IMG/VR virus record: IMGVR_UViG_3300014508_000004
Coordinates: 1 to 36,897 of that record
DNA: 36,897 nt
Reading direction: 5' to 3' (one strand)
Source: a virus
Lineage: Duplodnaviria > Caudoviricetes
The notes under the pieces were generated by a model. It worked only from the letters and a program-made list of their open reading frames with translations, was not told the origin of the DNA and made no database searches. Position 1 is the stretch's first letter. Each line of letters opens with the position of its first letter. The translations under genes were made by a program, and so were the position numbers. Positions 1-8,048 of the stretch are shown in pieces.

Positions 1-398
1 CTTGCTTGAACATCGACTGTAAATGTTTCTGTATCAAGTAGTGTTACGGGTGAGCCTCTATCAAAGTAGCTTACTGTTAATCCACCTGCAGGAGTTGAAT
101 TATAGAATGCTACGTATTGAAATGGACCAATTGAACCACCTGAAGCAGTAAACACCACGTCAGCAGTAGGGACAACTGATAAGACTCCGCCCGTTTGAGT
201 TGAGCTAGTTATTGCCACTTGTGTTCCGCCAGTAGTATATCCATTGCCCGATGCAATTTCTGAAACTTCAGCAAGCGTATTATCTGCTACTGAAGGTAAT
301 GTGTTTGTTAGTGCGTATTTAAAGGTATCAGCACTAAAATCGTGCTTCTTGTTAAATACATCAGCGATTGTTTGATCGTACTTGTTATATATAGCCAT
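1..398 (-). CDS. Putative virion structural protein spanning the circular join (5' part; continues 36799 to 36780)
   Basis: Not in the ORF track. ATG at 398, MAIYNKYDQTIADVFNKKHDFSADTFKYALTN...GNGYTTGG...GGSIGPFQY..., reading through the terminal repeat to ...VQATLFTAS with stop at 36780-36782. Structural role is inferred from T/S/G-rich composition and neighbours. Confidence 0.75.
   Translation of the reverse strand, partial: MAIYNKYDQTIADVFNKKHDFSADTFKYALTNTLPSVADNTLAEVSEIASGNGYTTGGTQVAITSSTQTGGVLSVVPTADVVFTASGGSIGPFQYVAFYNSTPAGGLTVSYFDRGSPVTLLDTETFTVDVQA
2..99. repeat. 98-bp terminal direct repeat, left copy (circular assembly overlap)
   Basis: TTGCTTGAAC...GGAGTTGAA at 2-99 is identical to 36800-36897. 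Confidence 0.95.
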
Positions 399-400
399 TG

Positions 401-1825
401 TTATTCCTTAAAAGTAACTGTAATTGTATTTGGTTTATATCCTGCGCTGTATAAGTCAGGCGCAAAACCTGCCGTTACAGTTCCTATAACTTGATTGGTG
501 TCACCTGAGTATTTTAATGTTACAGATGTACCGATTAATGAGTAGCTATTGGATACAGCAATCATACCATAATTAGCAAATAAATTTAAATCTGTACCAA
601 CTAAAGAATAACTGCCGCTATCTGCAATTATAGATGCGTTGTATTTTATTGGTGTGGCTGTTCCTGCTACTGAGTAATTATCACTATTAGCAATTATGCT
701 TAAATCAGCCCTTAGTAGCACTTCATCACCAGCAAGAGAATAAACACCCGAATCAACGATAAGAGTTTCACCTCCTCCACCTGGAGTATAAATCAGGGTT
801 ACATCTGTGCCAGTTAAATTATAGCTACCAGTTTCAGTAATTAATTTCTTGGCAGATGTTAAATTTACATCTGAACCAGTTAATAGGTAGCTACCTGTTG
901 TGGTAGTTATATTTAATTGTGCATTTATTGTTGTTGGAGTACCTACTTGGGAATAGCTACCACTGTCTACTACTATAGATATACCGCTACTAACTTCTAA
1001 AGCGCCACCAATAAAAGTACCGCCTAGCCCTGATGTTTCTAGCGCTCCACCTAATGCAGACCTATAATCTAAACCAGCAAAATTAACAAAGTCGCCAGTA
1101 ACCATGGTGTCAAAACTATTAGCGCCTGGAACTCCTTCTCCTGATTTATTTATAGCGTTATAATCACCAGTGCACAAATAGTAATTAGTAAAGCTACCTG
1201 TGGACTTGTCAGTGTACAGCGCTACATTAGTGCAACTCGCGTTAGCAATGCCTATATCACCAGCGAAACCACCTTCGCTACCTAACTGTATACAGGTTAT
1301 ATTTAATAACGTACCACCGTTGTAGAATGTATTTGCAAAACCACCTTGTGAGGCGTAAGCGTAATTAATACAAAACTCAGCATCACCAAGAAACTGCCCT
1401 GAAAGAGGTATATCATGAACAAGGCAATCTTTTAGCGTTGCGTTTGCTGATGTATCAAATAGATTGCTTGTATTTAGGGTGTTGGCAATTTCAAAACCTT
1501 CAAGAGTTACATGTTTACTCCTGAATACTAAGCCAAATGATGTTGATATTGTGAATACAAACCCTGAACCAGCAGTAAAATCGTGCCTGTCAACGGGTTC
1601 AACTATAAACTCAACCATTCTGGTTGCGTCTGTTGTGTAGCCAGCAAAATCTATAAATGTTTCTGAAAGTGGTGTTGCACTATCCCAGCCAGTCCCCGTG
1701 ATTGTAAATCTTTGCAGTTCATCCGCTGCAACTAAATTTTTCGCTTGCGCCACTACTGCCGCTTTTATAGATGTGTAATCCCCTGATCCATCTTTCTTTA
1801 TCGTAAAATTAACTATAGTAGGCAT
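401..1825 (-). CDS. Putative virion appendage protein with N-terminal beta-rich domain and C-terminal repeats
   Basis: 474 aa. N-terminal DGSGDYTSI resembles the start of pectinesterase-like beta-helices; the C-half repeats (D/E/T)(S/T)GSYxLxG. Confidence 0.55.
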   Translation of the reverse strand: MPTIVNFTIKKDGSGDYTSIKAAVVAQAKNLVAADELQRFTITGTGWDSATPLSETFIDFAGYTTDATRMVEFIVEPVDRHDFTAGSGFVFTISTSFGLVFRSKHVTLEGFEIANTLNTSNLFDTSANATLKDCLVHDIPLSGQFLGDAEFCINYAYASQGGFANTFYNGGTLLNITCIQLGSEGGFAGDIGIANASCTNVALYTDKSTGSFTNYYLCTGDYNAINKSGEGVPGANSFDTMVTGDFVNFAGLDYRSALGGALETSGLGGTFIGGALEVSSGISIVVDSGSYSQVGTPTTINAQLNITTTTGSYLLTGSDVNLTSAKKLITETGSYNLTGTDVTLIYTPGGGGETLIVDSGVYSLAGDEVLLRADLSIIANSDNYSVAGTATPIKYNASIIADSGSYSLVGTDLNLFANYGMIAVSNSYSLIGTSVTLKYSGDTNQVIGTVTAGFAPDLYSAGYKPNTITVTFKE

Positions 1826-2175
1826 TAGATATGCTCACGTAAAAAAGTACTTATGATTGACTTGGTGGCTGTTACTTGCCCCGTTGAATATAAATCGATG
1901 TACTCTTGAGAGTTAACGTCAGGCTCTACGAAGTAATATTTTTGCGCTGCCCTATCCGTTAGTGAGCCCAACAAATAAAGGTTATCATTAAGACTCTCGT
2001 CAGTGCATACAGCTATTGAAAAGTTTCTGTGGTATTCAGTTACTGATTTATCAGGGTTTGCCACAATCCAAGCTTGCAGGCTTTCTTGTGCGCTGAATAT
2101 ATGATCATCATCAAATAACCCGACAATCTCACCTTTTACGCCGGCCTTGTTACTGACAAGAATTTGAAAAGCCAT
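1825..2175 (-). CDS. Hypothetical protein
   Basis: 116-aa ORF coupled to 401..1825, with AAGGG RBS. Confidence 0.6.
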   Translation of the reverse strand: MAFQILVSNKAGVKGEIVGLFDDDHIFSAQESLQAWIVANPDKSVTEYHRNFSIAVCTDESLNDNLYLLGSLTDRAAQKYYFVEPDVNSQEYIDLYSTGQVTATKSIISTFLREHI

Positions 2176-2188
2176 TACTTACCCTTGT

Positions 2189-2572
2189 TTATTTAAAGTT
2201 AAAGCCAAGTAGGACTAACAGCCCTATAGCTAATGCGCCGACAACCTTAGAAAAGGCACTATCCCAAATAGTATGAAACCTTTTAGATCTTACTATTGTG
2301 TCGTGTGCATCATTCCATTTTGCATTGTTGCCGATATTATACATTTCTTGTTTTGTATTTATTTCTTGCTGTTGCTTATCTTTTAAAACTCTTTCACGCT
2401 CAGTAGTCACAAGCTCTCTAACACTTACAGTTAATTCTTTTACTGTTTCATTAGTTGCTTTTACTGTCTCGCTATTTGCACGAACTGAATCACTGATTGA
2501 CTCGTTACTAGTTACCAATGCTTTATTACTATCTAGCAATGCATCAAGCATTTGCTGGTTCATGTCATTCAT
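2189..2572 (-). CDS. Coiled-coil protein with C-terminal transmembrane helix (holin/antiholin-like candidate)
   Basis: Heptad-like N-region and hydrophobic tail VVGALAIGLLVLLGF; function is inference. Confidence 0.5.
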   Translation of the reverse strand: MNDMNQQMLDALLDSNKALVTSNESISDSVRANSETVKATNETVKELTVSVRELVTTERERVLKDKQQQEINTKQEMYNIGNNAKWNDAHDTIVRSKRFHTIWDSAFSKVVGALAIGLLVLLGFNFK

Positions 2573-2575
2573 AGG

Positions 2576-3112
2576 TCAGGTTTGTTTGATTGTCTTTCCG
2601 CTATTATACCAACAAAACAACATATAATCACTATTGAGCGCGATACGACCAACAGAATTAAAAAAGTTGCGTATATCGTTTTGAATTCTTCCGATAGATA
2701 CAAATGAACTAATAAAGATAATATGAGCGCATGTAAAAATATACTCGATATTTTTATAAAGAATTGTTTGATACCCTTCATAACTCTCAGTAGCTCCGTA
2801 CTTATGTGCGTCATAGATAAAATAAAGAGCTATTGAAAATATTACTACACAAGCGCTTTTGCTTTTTAATGTATTTAATGTTGTAAAAACATAAGAGTAC
2901 ATAATACATTCAATTGCGAAAAGTTGCCACTCAAGCAAAGGATCGAATATAGATAGCTGGTAAAGCATCTCTGATAAAAGGTAGGCCAGCAATAATACTG
3001 GCCTATTAATAATTAATGATAAAACGACGTAAGCAATCAATAAACTATTTACGTTTTGTTCCGCCGCCACGTTTACGCTTTGAAGTTGCCATAAGCTTAA
3101 TAACTCAATCAT
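2576..3112 (-). CDS. Multi-pass membrane protein
   Basis: 178 aa with several hydrophobic segments; AAGGA RBS. Confidence 0.6.
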   Translation of the reverse strand: MIELLSLWQLQSVNVAAEQNVNSLLIAYVVLSLIINRPVLLLAYLLSEMLYQLSIFDPLLEWQLFAIECIMYSYVFTTLNTLKSKSACVVIFSIALYFIYDAHKYGATESYEGYQTILYKNIEYIFTCAHIIFISSFVSIGRIQNDIRNFFNSVGRIALNSDYMLFCWYNSGKTIKQT

Positions 3113-3138
3113 GATAAGGTTCCTTATTGTAACAAGTA

Positions 3139-3549
3139 TTACTCACCTATTCTTTCTTTGTGATATTTAATTAACTCGTTAAATCCTTTTAGCATATCAA
3201 CGTAATCAGCCTTATACATTTTTTTCATGTTCTTTTTTGTAGCTATCATGTTATCAACGAAGTCCTTCCCGTACATATCAATCATGAATAACGTATATTC
3301 TTGAGAAGCTGTACCAAACTTCATGCCAAAACTATTGCAGCCTTTGCATTGTGGGTGCACGTTCTCAACTTCTAAACTCCAGTAAGACGAATGGCCTTTA
3401 GCTATAAAATGACCTCCATCACCGTTTTTATAATGAAACTTTTCACCACACGATGCACAAGTACAATACCCGTTATCGTCTGCCCCTGCTACTCTTGATA
3501 ATAACTGTATCGCCAGTAAACATTTAGATCTTGGAGTTGCCTTAGCCAT
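3139..3549 (-). CDS. ninG: NinG/Rap-like recombination endonuclease
   Basis: CASC...DGGHFI...NVHPQCKGCN motif typical of the lambda NinG family. Confidence 0.85.
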   Translation of the reverse strand: MAKATPRSKCLLAIQLLSRVAGADDNGYCTCASCGEKFHYKNGDGGHFIAKGHSSYWSLEVENVHPQCKGCNSFGMKFGTASQEYTLFMIDMYGKDFVDNMIATKKNMKKMYKADYVDMLKGFNELIKYHKERIGE

Positions 3550-3623
3550 TACTCACCACCCTTATTTCGAGGGATCCAGCGCTTCTTTTGTTTCTGCTTT
3601 GTCTTTTTGTTATTTAGCATCAT

Positions 3624-3818
3624 CTAATCCCCTATCTTTTTATCAATGATAACAGCGAAGCACAATCCAACTGCAAAAAACCACACGAACAAAGTAACAA
3701 CCCCAGGAACAACAAACCATTCTCCGCTATCAATAAATATATTCCCAACCCAAAAACAAAAGAATAAATTTAATAGTAAAATCACTACCATTAATGCGCC
3801 AAATAAAATACTTTTCAT
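3624..3818 (-). CDS. Small two-TM membrane protein
   Basis: 64 aa, two hydrophobic stretches. Confidence 0.55.
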   Translation of the reverse strand: MKSILFGALMVVILLLNLFFCFWVGNIFIDSGEWFVVPGVVTLFVWFFAVGLCFAVIIDKKIGD

Positions 3819-3820
3819 AA

Positions 3821-3964
3821 TTACTTATCCTTACACTTATCACAAATAAATACAGGGCGATTAAATTCATCGTATCTCGCTCTGTATGCTGTTTGACCTG
3901 ACATGAATATATATCCACATTTACAGGACTTGTTACCGTCTTTAGAAACTTTCTGAATATTCAT
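3821..3964 (-). CDS. Small putative zinc-finger protein (47 aa)
   Basis: Not in the ORF track. GAGG RBS; MNIQKVSKDGNKSCKCGYIF...FICDKCKDK with CxC and CxxC. Confidence 0.6.
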   Translation of the reverse strand: MNIQKVSKDGNKSCKCGYIFMSGQTAYRARYDEFNRPVFICDKCKDK

Positions 3965-4043
3965 AATAACCTCTTTTTTAAGTATAAGTATCATTAGAAG
4001 CGTTAGTCATGGATGTAGAGACTAAGCTATCTTATCAATTAAA

Positions 4044-4151
4044 CAATACATACAAGTATCAACTAGCATTTCATATCCTTATTGGCTGACCAAACCATAT
4101 AACCATGACAAAACGTTGTTTATTCGCGCTTCTAGACGTTAGTATGTATTG
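4044..4151 (-). ncRNA. Candidate structured RNA domain 3
   Basis: 10-bp closing inverted repeat 4044-4053/4142-4151 with an internal hairpin; no convincing ORF. Confidence 0.35.
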
Positions 4152-4228
4152 AGTTATTCAATATTTGCTAATTATAGTTTAGCTAACTGCGGATTTGTTA
4201 CGATGATCCGAATTAAATCGGCAGTGTT

Positions 4229-4397
4229 AATCTGTATTGTTGAATTAACCTGTAACTGGAACCACCCAATAAGCACCTACGAGGTCAGCGCTCCGATACT
4301 ATATTAACGAGCTTTTAACTCTGGCTTAATAATTCTCGTTTATTACATCTAAAAGGTAATCACTCCGATTAGATTGGTTAACTCAACAATACAGACT
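4229..4397 (-). ncRNA. Candidate structured RNA domain 2
   Basis: ~22-bp closing stem (4229-4250/4376-4397) whose deviations are G-U pairs on the minus strand; encloses three hairpins. Confidence 0.55.
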
Positions 4398-4493
4398 AGA
4401 GGATGCTTTGAAAGGGGTTGCGCGTGGTTGTCAGATTCACATTTAACAGCTACTAGATTAGCTGACCAGTAATTATTGTTACTCTTTACGCAC

Positions 4494-4620
4494 AAAAAAA
4501 GGGTACTTAGATCATGTAACCTTCGTTGATGAAGGGGTGAAATCTGATAGAAAAACCCACCAAAGATCACATGTCTAAATACCCTTTACCAAATTTCTTT
4601 CAAGCAGTCATCACACTGCA
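4494..4620 (-). ncRNA. C4/CI-like antisense RNA candidate with upstream target sites
   Basis: Closing stem 4498-4519/4567-4587, two internal hairpins, 3' U-run; loop regions complementary to leader sequences at 4588-4597 and 4608-4613. Confidence 0.55.
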
Positions 4621-4626
4621 ATACTT

Positions 4627-4654
4627 ATTTTACACTAACCCTATTAACTTTCAA
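4627..4654 (-). promoter_or_regulatory. Sigma70-like promoter driving the non-coding RNA region
   Basis: TTGAAA-16 nt-TAAAAT immediately after the ninB stop. Confidence 0.55.
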
Positions 4655-4656
4655 GT

Positions 4657-5055
4657 TTATTCCTCTTGCTTATCTAATAATTGTTTATATTCACAGTTAT
4701 CAGGGATAGTTATTAAATAACCCCTGTCCATACAATACCTTTCAACCTTGTTTAAATAAAAGTGCATCTCACCTAAATCTAGCTTTTTTGTTGATTTAAT
4801 AGAAACGTGCTTATTAATAACTTTTTCAGGGCAATAATATTTTTTGAATATCTCGTGCCATATCTCAGGGTCCTCACTTACATTTTGTTGTTTAGATATT
4901 TCACCTAACCATTTCCAGTAAAGAGAGTTTTGATCATTACTTCTTTTCTCTCTCCACTGAACTATTGTTACACGATACGCCTTGGTTAAATCCAGCTTCC
5001 ACAACTCAGATATAAATAAACCGATTGAATTAGCTGTTAACCTGAAGTTTTTCAT
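4657..5055 (-). CDS. ninB: NinB/YbcN-like recombination protein
   Basis: KRSNDQNSLYWKWLGEI and STKKLDLGEMHFYL motifs. Confidence 0.8.
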   Translation of the reverse strand: MKNFRLTANSIGLFISELWKLDLTKAYRVTIVQWREKRSNDQNSLYWKWLGEISKQQNVSEDPEIWHEIFKKYYCPEKVINKHVSIKSTKKLDLGEMHFYLNKVERYCMDRGYLITIPDNCEYKQLLDKQEE

Positions 5056-5360
5056 TTTCTCGAACGCTTAACTAGTGAGATAGAGTTTTTAATATTAGAC
5101 TCGGTCATAAAAAATTTATCAGCCAAGTCTTTAGTTGATATATTCAAGCATTTATCTATATGTAATTCAGCAAGCATAATTGTTGAACGCTTATGTTTCG
5201 CTTTTAAATTATCTCTGTTTTTATTGGCTATTGCTGCTGTAGCTCTAAACTTTTCACACTTTGCCGATAGCTCGCTATTCTTTTTTGCCAGTTCGCTATT
5301 CTTTTTTATTAGTGAATCTATTTTGCTTTGCTGGTTATGATACTGCTTTATCGTGTCCAT
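5052..5360 (-). CDS. Hypothetical protein, coiled coil plus possible C-terminal HTH
   Basis: KKNSEL duplication; STKDLADKFFMTESNIK is HTH-like. Confidence 0.5.
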   Translation of the reverse strand: MDTIKQYHNQQSKIDSLIKKNSELAKKNSELSAKCEKFRATAAIANKNRDNLKAKHKRSTIMLAELHIDKCLNISTKDLADKFFMTESNIKNSISLVKRSRK

Positions 5361-5578
5361 TATACACCCGCTACTTTTGATAAGTGATATACAGAGCCGC
5401 TTGGTATGCCGTTATCTCTGCCAGCTTTAGCCTTTGCCTTTCCATTTCTAATATCACGAACAAAGTTTTCAACATCTTCTAGTTTGTAAGTTGTGTATGG
5501 CTGTATCTTGTGCTTTTTTGCTGGTGGAGTTCCTTTTAGCTCCAGTCGCCAATCTCTATACATCGCTGTTAAATTCAT
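5360..5578 (-). CDS. Small basic protein, possible HTH
   Basis: 72 aa, KAGRDNGIPSGSVY; coupled stop/start. Confidence 0.5.
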   Translation of the reverse strand: MNLTAMYRDWRLELKGTPPAKKHKIQPYTTYKLEDVENFVRDIRNGKAKAKAGRDNGIPSGSVYHLSKVAGV

Positions 5579-5691
5579 AATATAAACCTTATCGCTTGTG
5601 GGTAGTAAGTTGTTATCACGGCCAATGATATAGCCGTAATTGTTAGATAAATATGCAACCTTGTTATAAGACGATCAATAGACTTAGACAT
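5575..5691 (-). CDS. Small membrane peptide (38 aa)
   Basis: Not in the track. MSKSIDRLITRLHIYLTITAISLAVITTYYPQAIRFIL; ATGA overlap with next gene. Confidence 0.4.
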   Translation of the reverse strand: MSKSIDRLITRLHIYLTITAISLAVITTYYPQAIRFIL

Positions 5692-5786
5692 AAGCAAAGC
5701 GCTCCAATTAATATTGTAATAACACCTTTAGTTATAAAGTGGTTAAGCCTGTCGTGCTTTAATCTTACATCGTGCTTATTTAACAT
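5664..5786 (-). CDS. Small membrane peptide (40 aa)
   Basis: Not in the track. AAGGA RBS; MLNKHDVRLKHDRLNHFITKGVITILIGALCLCLSLLIVL. Confidence 0.45.
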   Translation of the reverse strand: MLNKHDVRLKHDRLNHFITKGVITILIGALCLCLSLLIVL

Positions 5787-5832
5787 GGTTACATATCCTT
5801 ATTAAGACGACTTCCTTGTCATGTTTGGTTGA

Positions 5833-6201
5833 TTAAAAAGCTGGACCGTTATTTTGTCCATTGTTCAAACCAGGGTTTTGGTTGTATTGCTGGTGATGGT
5901 TATTTTGCTGTTGGCTGTTGTTTTGTTGTGGTGCTTGCTTAAATCCGCTCTGTTGGTTGTTGTTTTGCTGCTGATTATCATCTTCAAATATTGAAACCAT
6001 TAACATATCACGCTGCTGACCTCCTGACTTTGCCGCTAATGAGTTTTGCTTGATTAATACGCCAGCTAATGAAACGCTTGGATCTAACAGCATGTATTCA
6101 CCGTTATCATTACTAAGCATTACGCCTAACTTTGTATACTCGCCTTTAGTTTGACCGTCTTTTTGATACTCGCCTGTTTTTGCTACAATACGTTTTGCCA
6201 T
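5833..6201 (-). CDS. Putative single-stranded DNA-binding protein
   Basis: Small beta-rich N-domain, Q/N-rich linker, C-terminal PAF; located in the recombination module. Confidence 0.55.
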   Translation of the reverse strand: MAKRIVAKTGEYQKDGQTKGEYTKLGVMLSNDNGEYMLLDPSVSLAGVLIKQNSLAAKSGGQQRDMLMVSIFEDDNQQQNNNQQSGFKQAPQQNNSQQQNNHHQQYNQNPGLNNGQNNGPAF

Positions 6202-6205
6202 TTTT

Positions 6206-6631
6206 CTATTCTCCGGTTGGTTGTTGGTTGTTTTCTAATGGTATTGGGTGCACTTGAAAATGTTGTTTAACACCTCTTCTTATTGATAATGATATCGTTG
6301 CCACGCTTGGTATGTGAGATACAGCGTTTACACGAATGCCGCCTATATTTTTTTGCTTTCCAAAGCTTACTGATTGATCAACAAATAGATTCATCCATTT
6401 ATCAGCCCATTGGCTACCATCAATACCCCACAACTTAATAAGTATACGACGAACTGTTAGGCATGGTTTAAATGGCTTACCTTCACAACCATAATAATAT
6501 ATATGAACTGGCTGCTGAGGGTCTTTAGTAAGATTTACGCCTTCAACTTGCACAAGTTTATCGCCTGATATAAAATCATCAGCGTTTAATTGATCAGACT
6601 TTGCTTTTATTGTTCCAGATAAATCAAGCAT
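6206..6631 (-). CDS. Hypothetical protein of the recombination module
   Basis: 141 aa between exonuclease and putative SSB; KSDQLNADD...GGIRV. Confidence 0.6.
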   Translation of the reverse strand: MLDLSGTIKAKSDQLNADDFISGDKLVQVEGVNLTKDPQQPVHIYYYGCEGKPFKPCLTVRRILIKLWGIDGSQWADKWMNLFVDQSVSFGKQKNIGGIRVNAVSHIPSVATISLSIRRGVKQHFQVHPIPLENNQQPTGE

Positions 6632-7496
6632 TGTTAACGTCCTCGAAAGTCACTTCAATATCATCTTCAATAACAAAATCATTATCACGACCGACAAAGT
6701 TAAATGTTTCTGTGTGAACCCAATCATTGCCACTTTTGCATCGACTGAACTCTGAAATATTTCCTCTATGTCTATCCCAAAAACCTAAGTCGATAAGTTC
6801 CTGTCTTGATATTTGAAATACTGCTACTGGGTAGCGACCAAGCTCAACGCTGTTTTGAATGACAAGAAACACAAAGCTATCAATCTCAGTTTTGTAATGC
6901 TGCTCTAAAACGTCAGTGTAGAAGCTTGCGCCATGACCGTAATTAAACTTATACAATGGGTTTATCCATTCTTTATCGCTGCGCCAATCGTCAATACTAG
7001 CCGTTGTTTTAACATCTATAACTATACCTGCGGATTCAACAGCGTCTTTATCAGGTCGGCATTTTAACTCTATACCTGTTTCTTTATCTTTAACGAATAC
7101 AGATGATTCACAATCACCAACTAAATCAAGCAAAGACTTAGCTGAAGGGTGACAAAATACAGATTTAGCCATTAAGTTAACTTGGTCGTATTCATCTTTA
7201 GTTAATACAACTTTGTTTACATTTTCTTTTTGCTCTGCTTCAAACCCTTTAGCTGTTCGCCCTTTGAATTCAGAAACAACAATGTGATCTTTGTATTTTT
7301 CTGGCTCAAGTATTGCGCAATGTAAAGCCGTTCCAATATCAGTTGTTTTCGACTTAGCTCCGTTTCTTGGCGCGCTCTTTGACCAAACAAAATCACCCGG
7401 ATTCTTTTCAATCATTTGTGCGTCACTATTTGCTAACCCATCGGCAGCTCTATAAATAACATCGTTTAAAAAATGCTTTCCGTTATATTTACTCAC
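6624..7496 (-). CDS. Exonuclease VIII / RecE-like PD-(D/E)XK nuclease (DUF3799-like)
   Basis: GTALHCAILEP, KCRPD and VIDVKTT motifs; GTG start with AAGGAG RBS. Confidence 0.88.
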   Translation of the reverse strand: MSKYNGKHFLNDVIYRAADGLANSDAQMIEKNPGDFVWSKSAPRNGAKSKTTDIGTALHCAILEPEKYKDHIVVSEFKGRTAKGFEAEQKENVNKVVLTKDEYDQVNLMAKSVFCHPSAKSLLDLVGDCESSVFVKDKETGIELKCRPDKDAVESAGIVIDVKTTASIDDWRSDKEWINPLYKFNYGHGASFYTDVLEQHYKTEIDSFVFLVIQNSVELGRYPVAVFQISRQELIDLGFWDRHRGNISEFSRCKSGNDWVHTETFNFVGRDNDFVIEDDIEVTFEDVNNA

Positions 7497-7653
7497 CGTA
7501 CTTCTCCTTTAACATTTCTAACGACTCAATACTTGAATGAATCGAACCTTTAACCTGTGCGATAGTTTTATAACCTTCTGCGTCAATCTCTGCTAGTAAG
7601 TCATTTAACACTTGAAGCTTTGCGTTTATATGTGTTGATGCAATCACAATCAT
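7489..7653 (-). CDS. Hypothetical protein (54 aa)
   Basis: Not in the track. AGGAG RBS; MIVIASTHINAKLQVLNDLLAEIDAEG... Confidence 0.55.
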   Translation of the reverse strand: MIVIASTHINAKLQVLNDLLAEIDAEGYKTIAQVKGSIHSSIESLEMLKEKYGE

Positions 7654-7746
7654 TCTCCTAAATTAGTCTGCTTTTCCTTAGCATTTTAGCTGGAGCGGTA
7701 TGAACGGGGAAAAGTAGTAAACTGCTTAACCGCTTTGATGTGATTA

Positions 7747-7798
7747 AATATACCCTAATTAAAAATGATTGCAAGCATTAATTGCATAAATATATATT
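7747..7798. promoter_or_regulatory. Divergent promoters sharing a palindromic TTGCAA -35
   Basis: TTGCAA at 7769-7774; TATATT 16 nt away on minus and 18 nt away on plus. Confidence 0.4.
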
Positions 7799-7853
7799 TT
7801 CTTTTATAGTTAACTTATCGAAATTACATTACATAAAACTAAAGGCGTTAAAT

Positions 7854-8048
7854 ATGAATATTGATAAAATAGTTAAAAAGGCGATGATTGATGCAGAAAT
7901 TAGCGGGGCAATGGGTTTAGCTGAGGCTACAGGGTTGTCAAAAGAGAAATGCTATAGATTGCTAAGCGGGGATAAAACATTACGCCTAGTTGATGTTATA
8001 ACAGCTCTTGGCGCTATAGGTTATGAATTAAAAGCTGAGGTTAAATAA
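7854..8048 (+). CDS. XRE/Cro-like HTH transcriptional regulator
   Basis: LAEATGLSKEKCYRLLSG HTH. ATG at 7854 preferred over the track's 7782 start. Confidence 0.75.
   Translation: MNIDKIVKKAMIDAEISGAMGLAEATGLSKEKCYRLLSGDKTLRLVDVITALGAIGYELKAEVK

Noticed and set aside
1-99. Terminal repeat as a biological DTR or attachment site
   Set aside because: It falls mid-gene and its length fits an assembler overlap, so it is best read as circular assembly. Base 1 differs from 36799 and is unexplained.
4349-4570. 73-aa minus-strand ORF from the track
   Set aside because: No RBS, non-ATG start, and it runs through RNA stems and a terminator-like U-run.
4040-4620. tRNA genes or CRISPR array in the non-coding tract
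   Set aside because: No T-loop/D-loop cloverleaf and no regularly spaced direct repeats were seen.
5271-5307. Short direct repeat TCGCTATTCTTTTTT
   Set aside because: Encodes a KKNSEL heptad duplication in a coiled coil.
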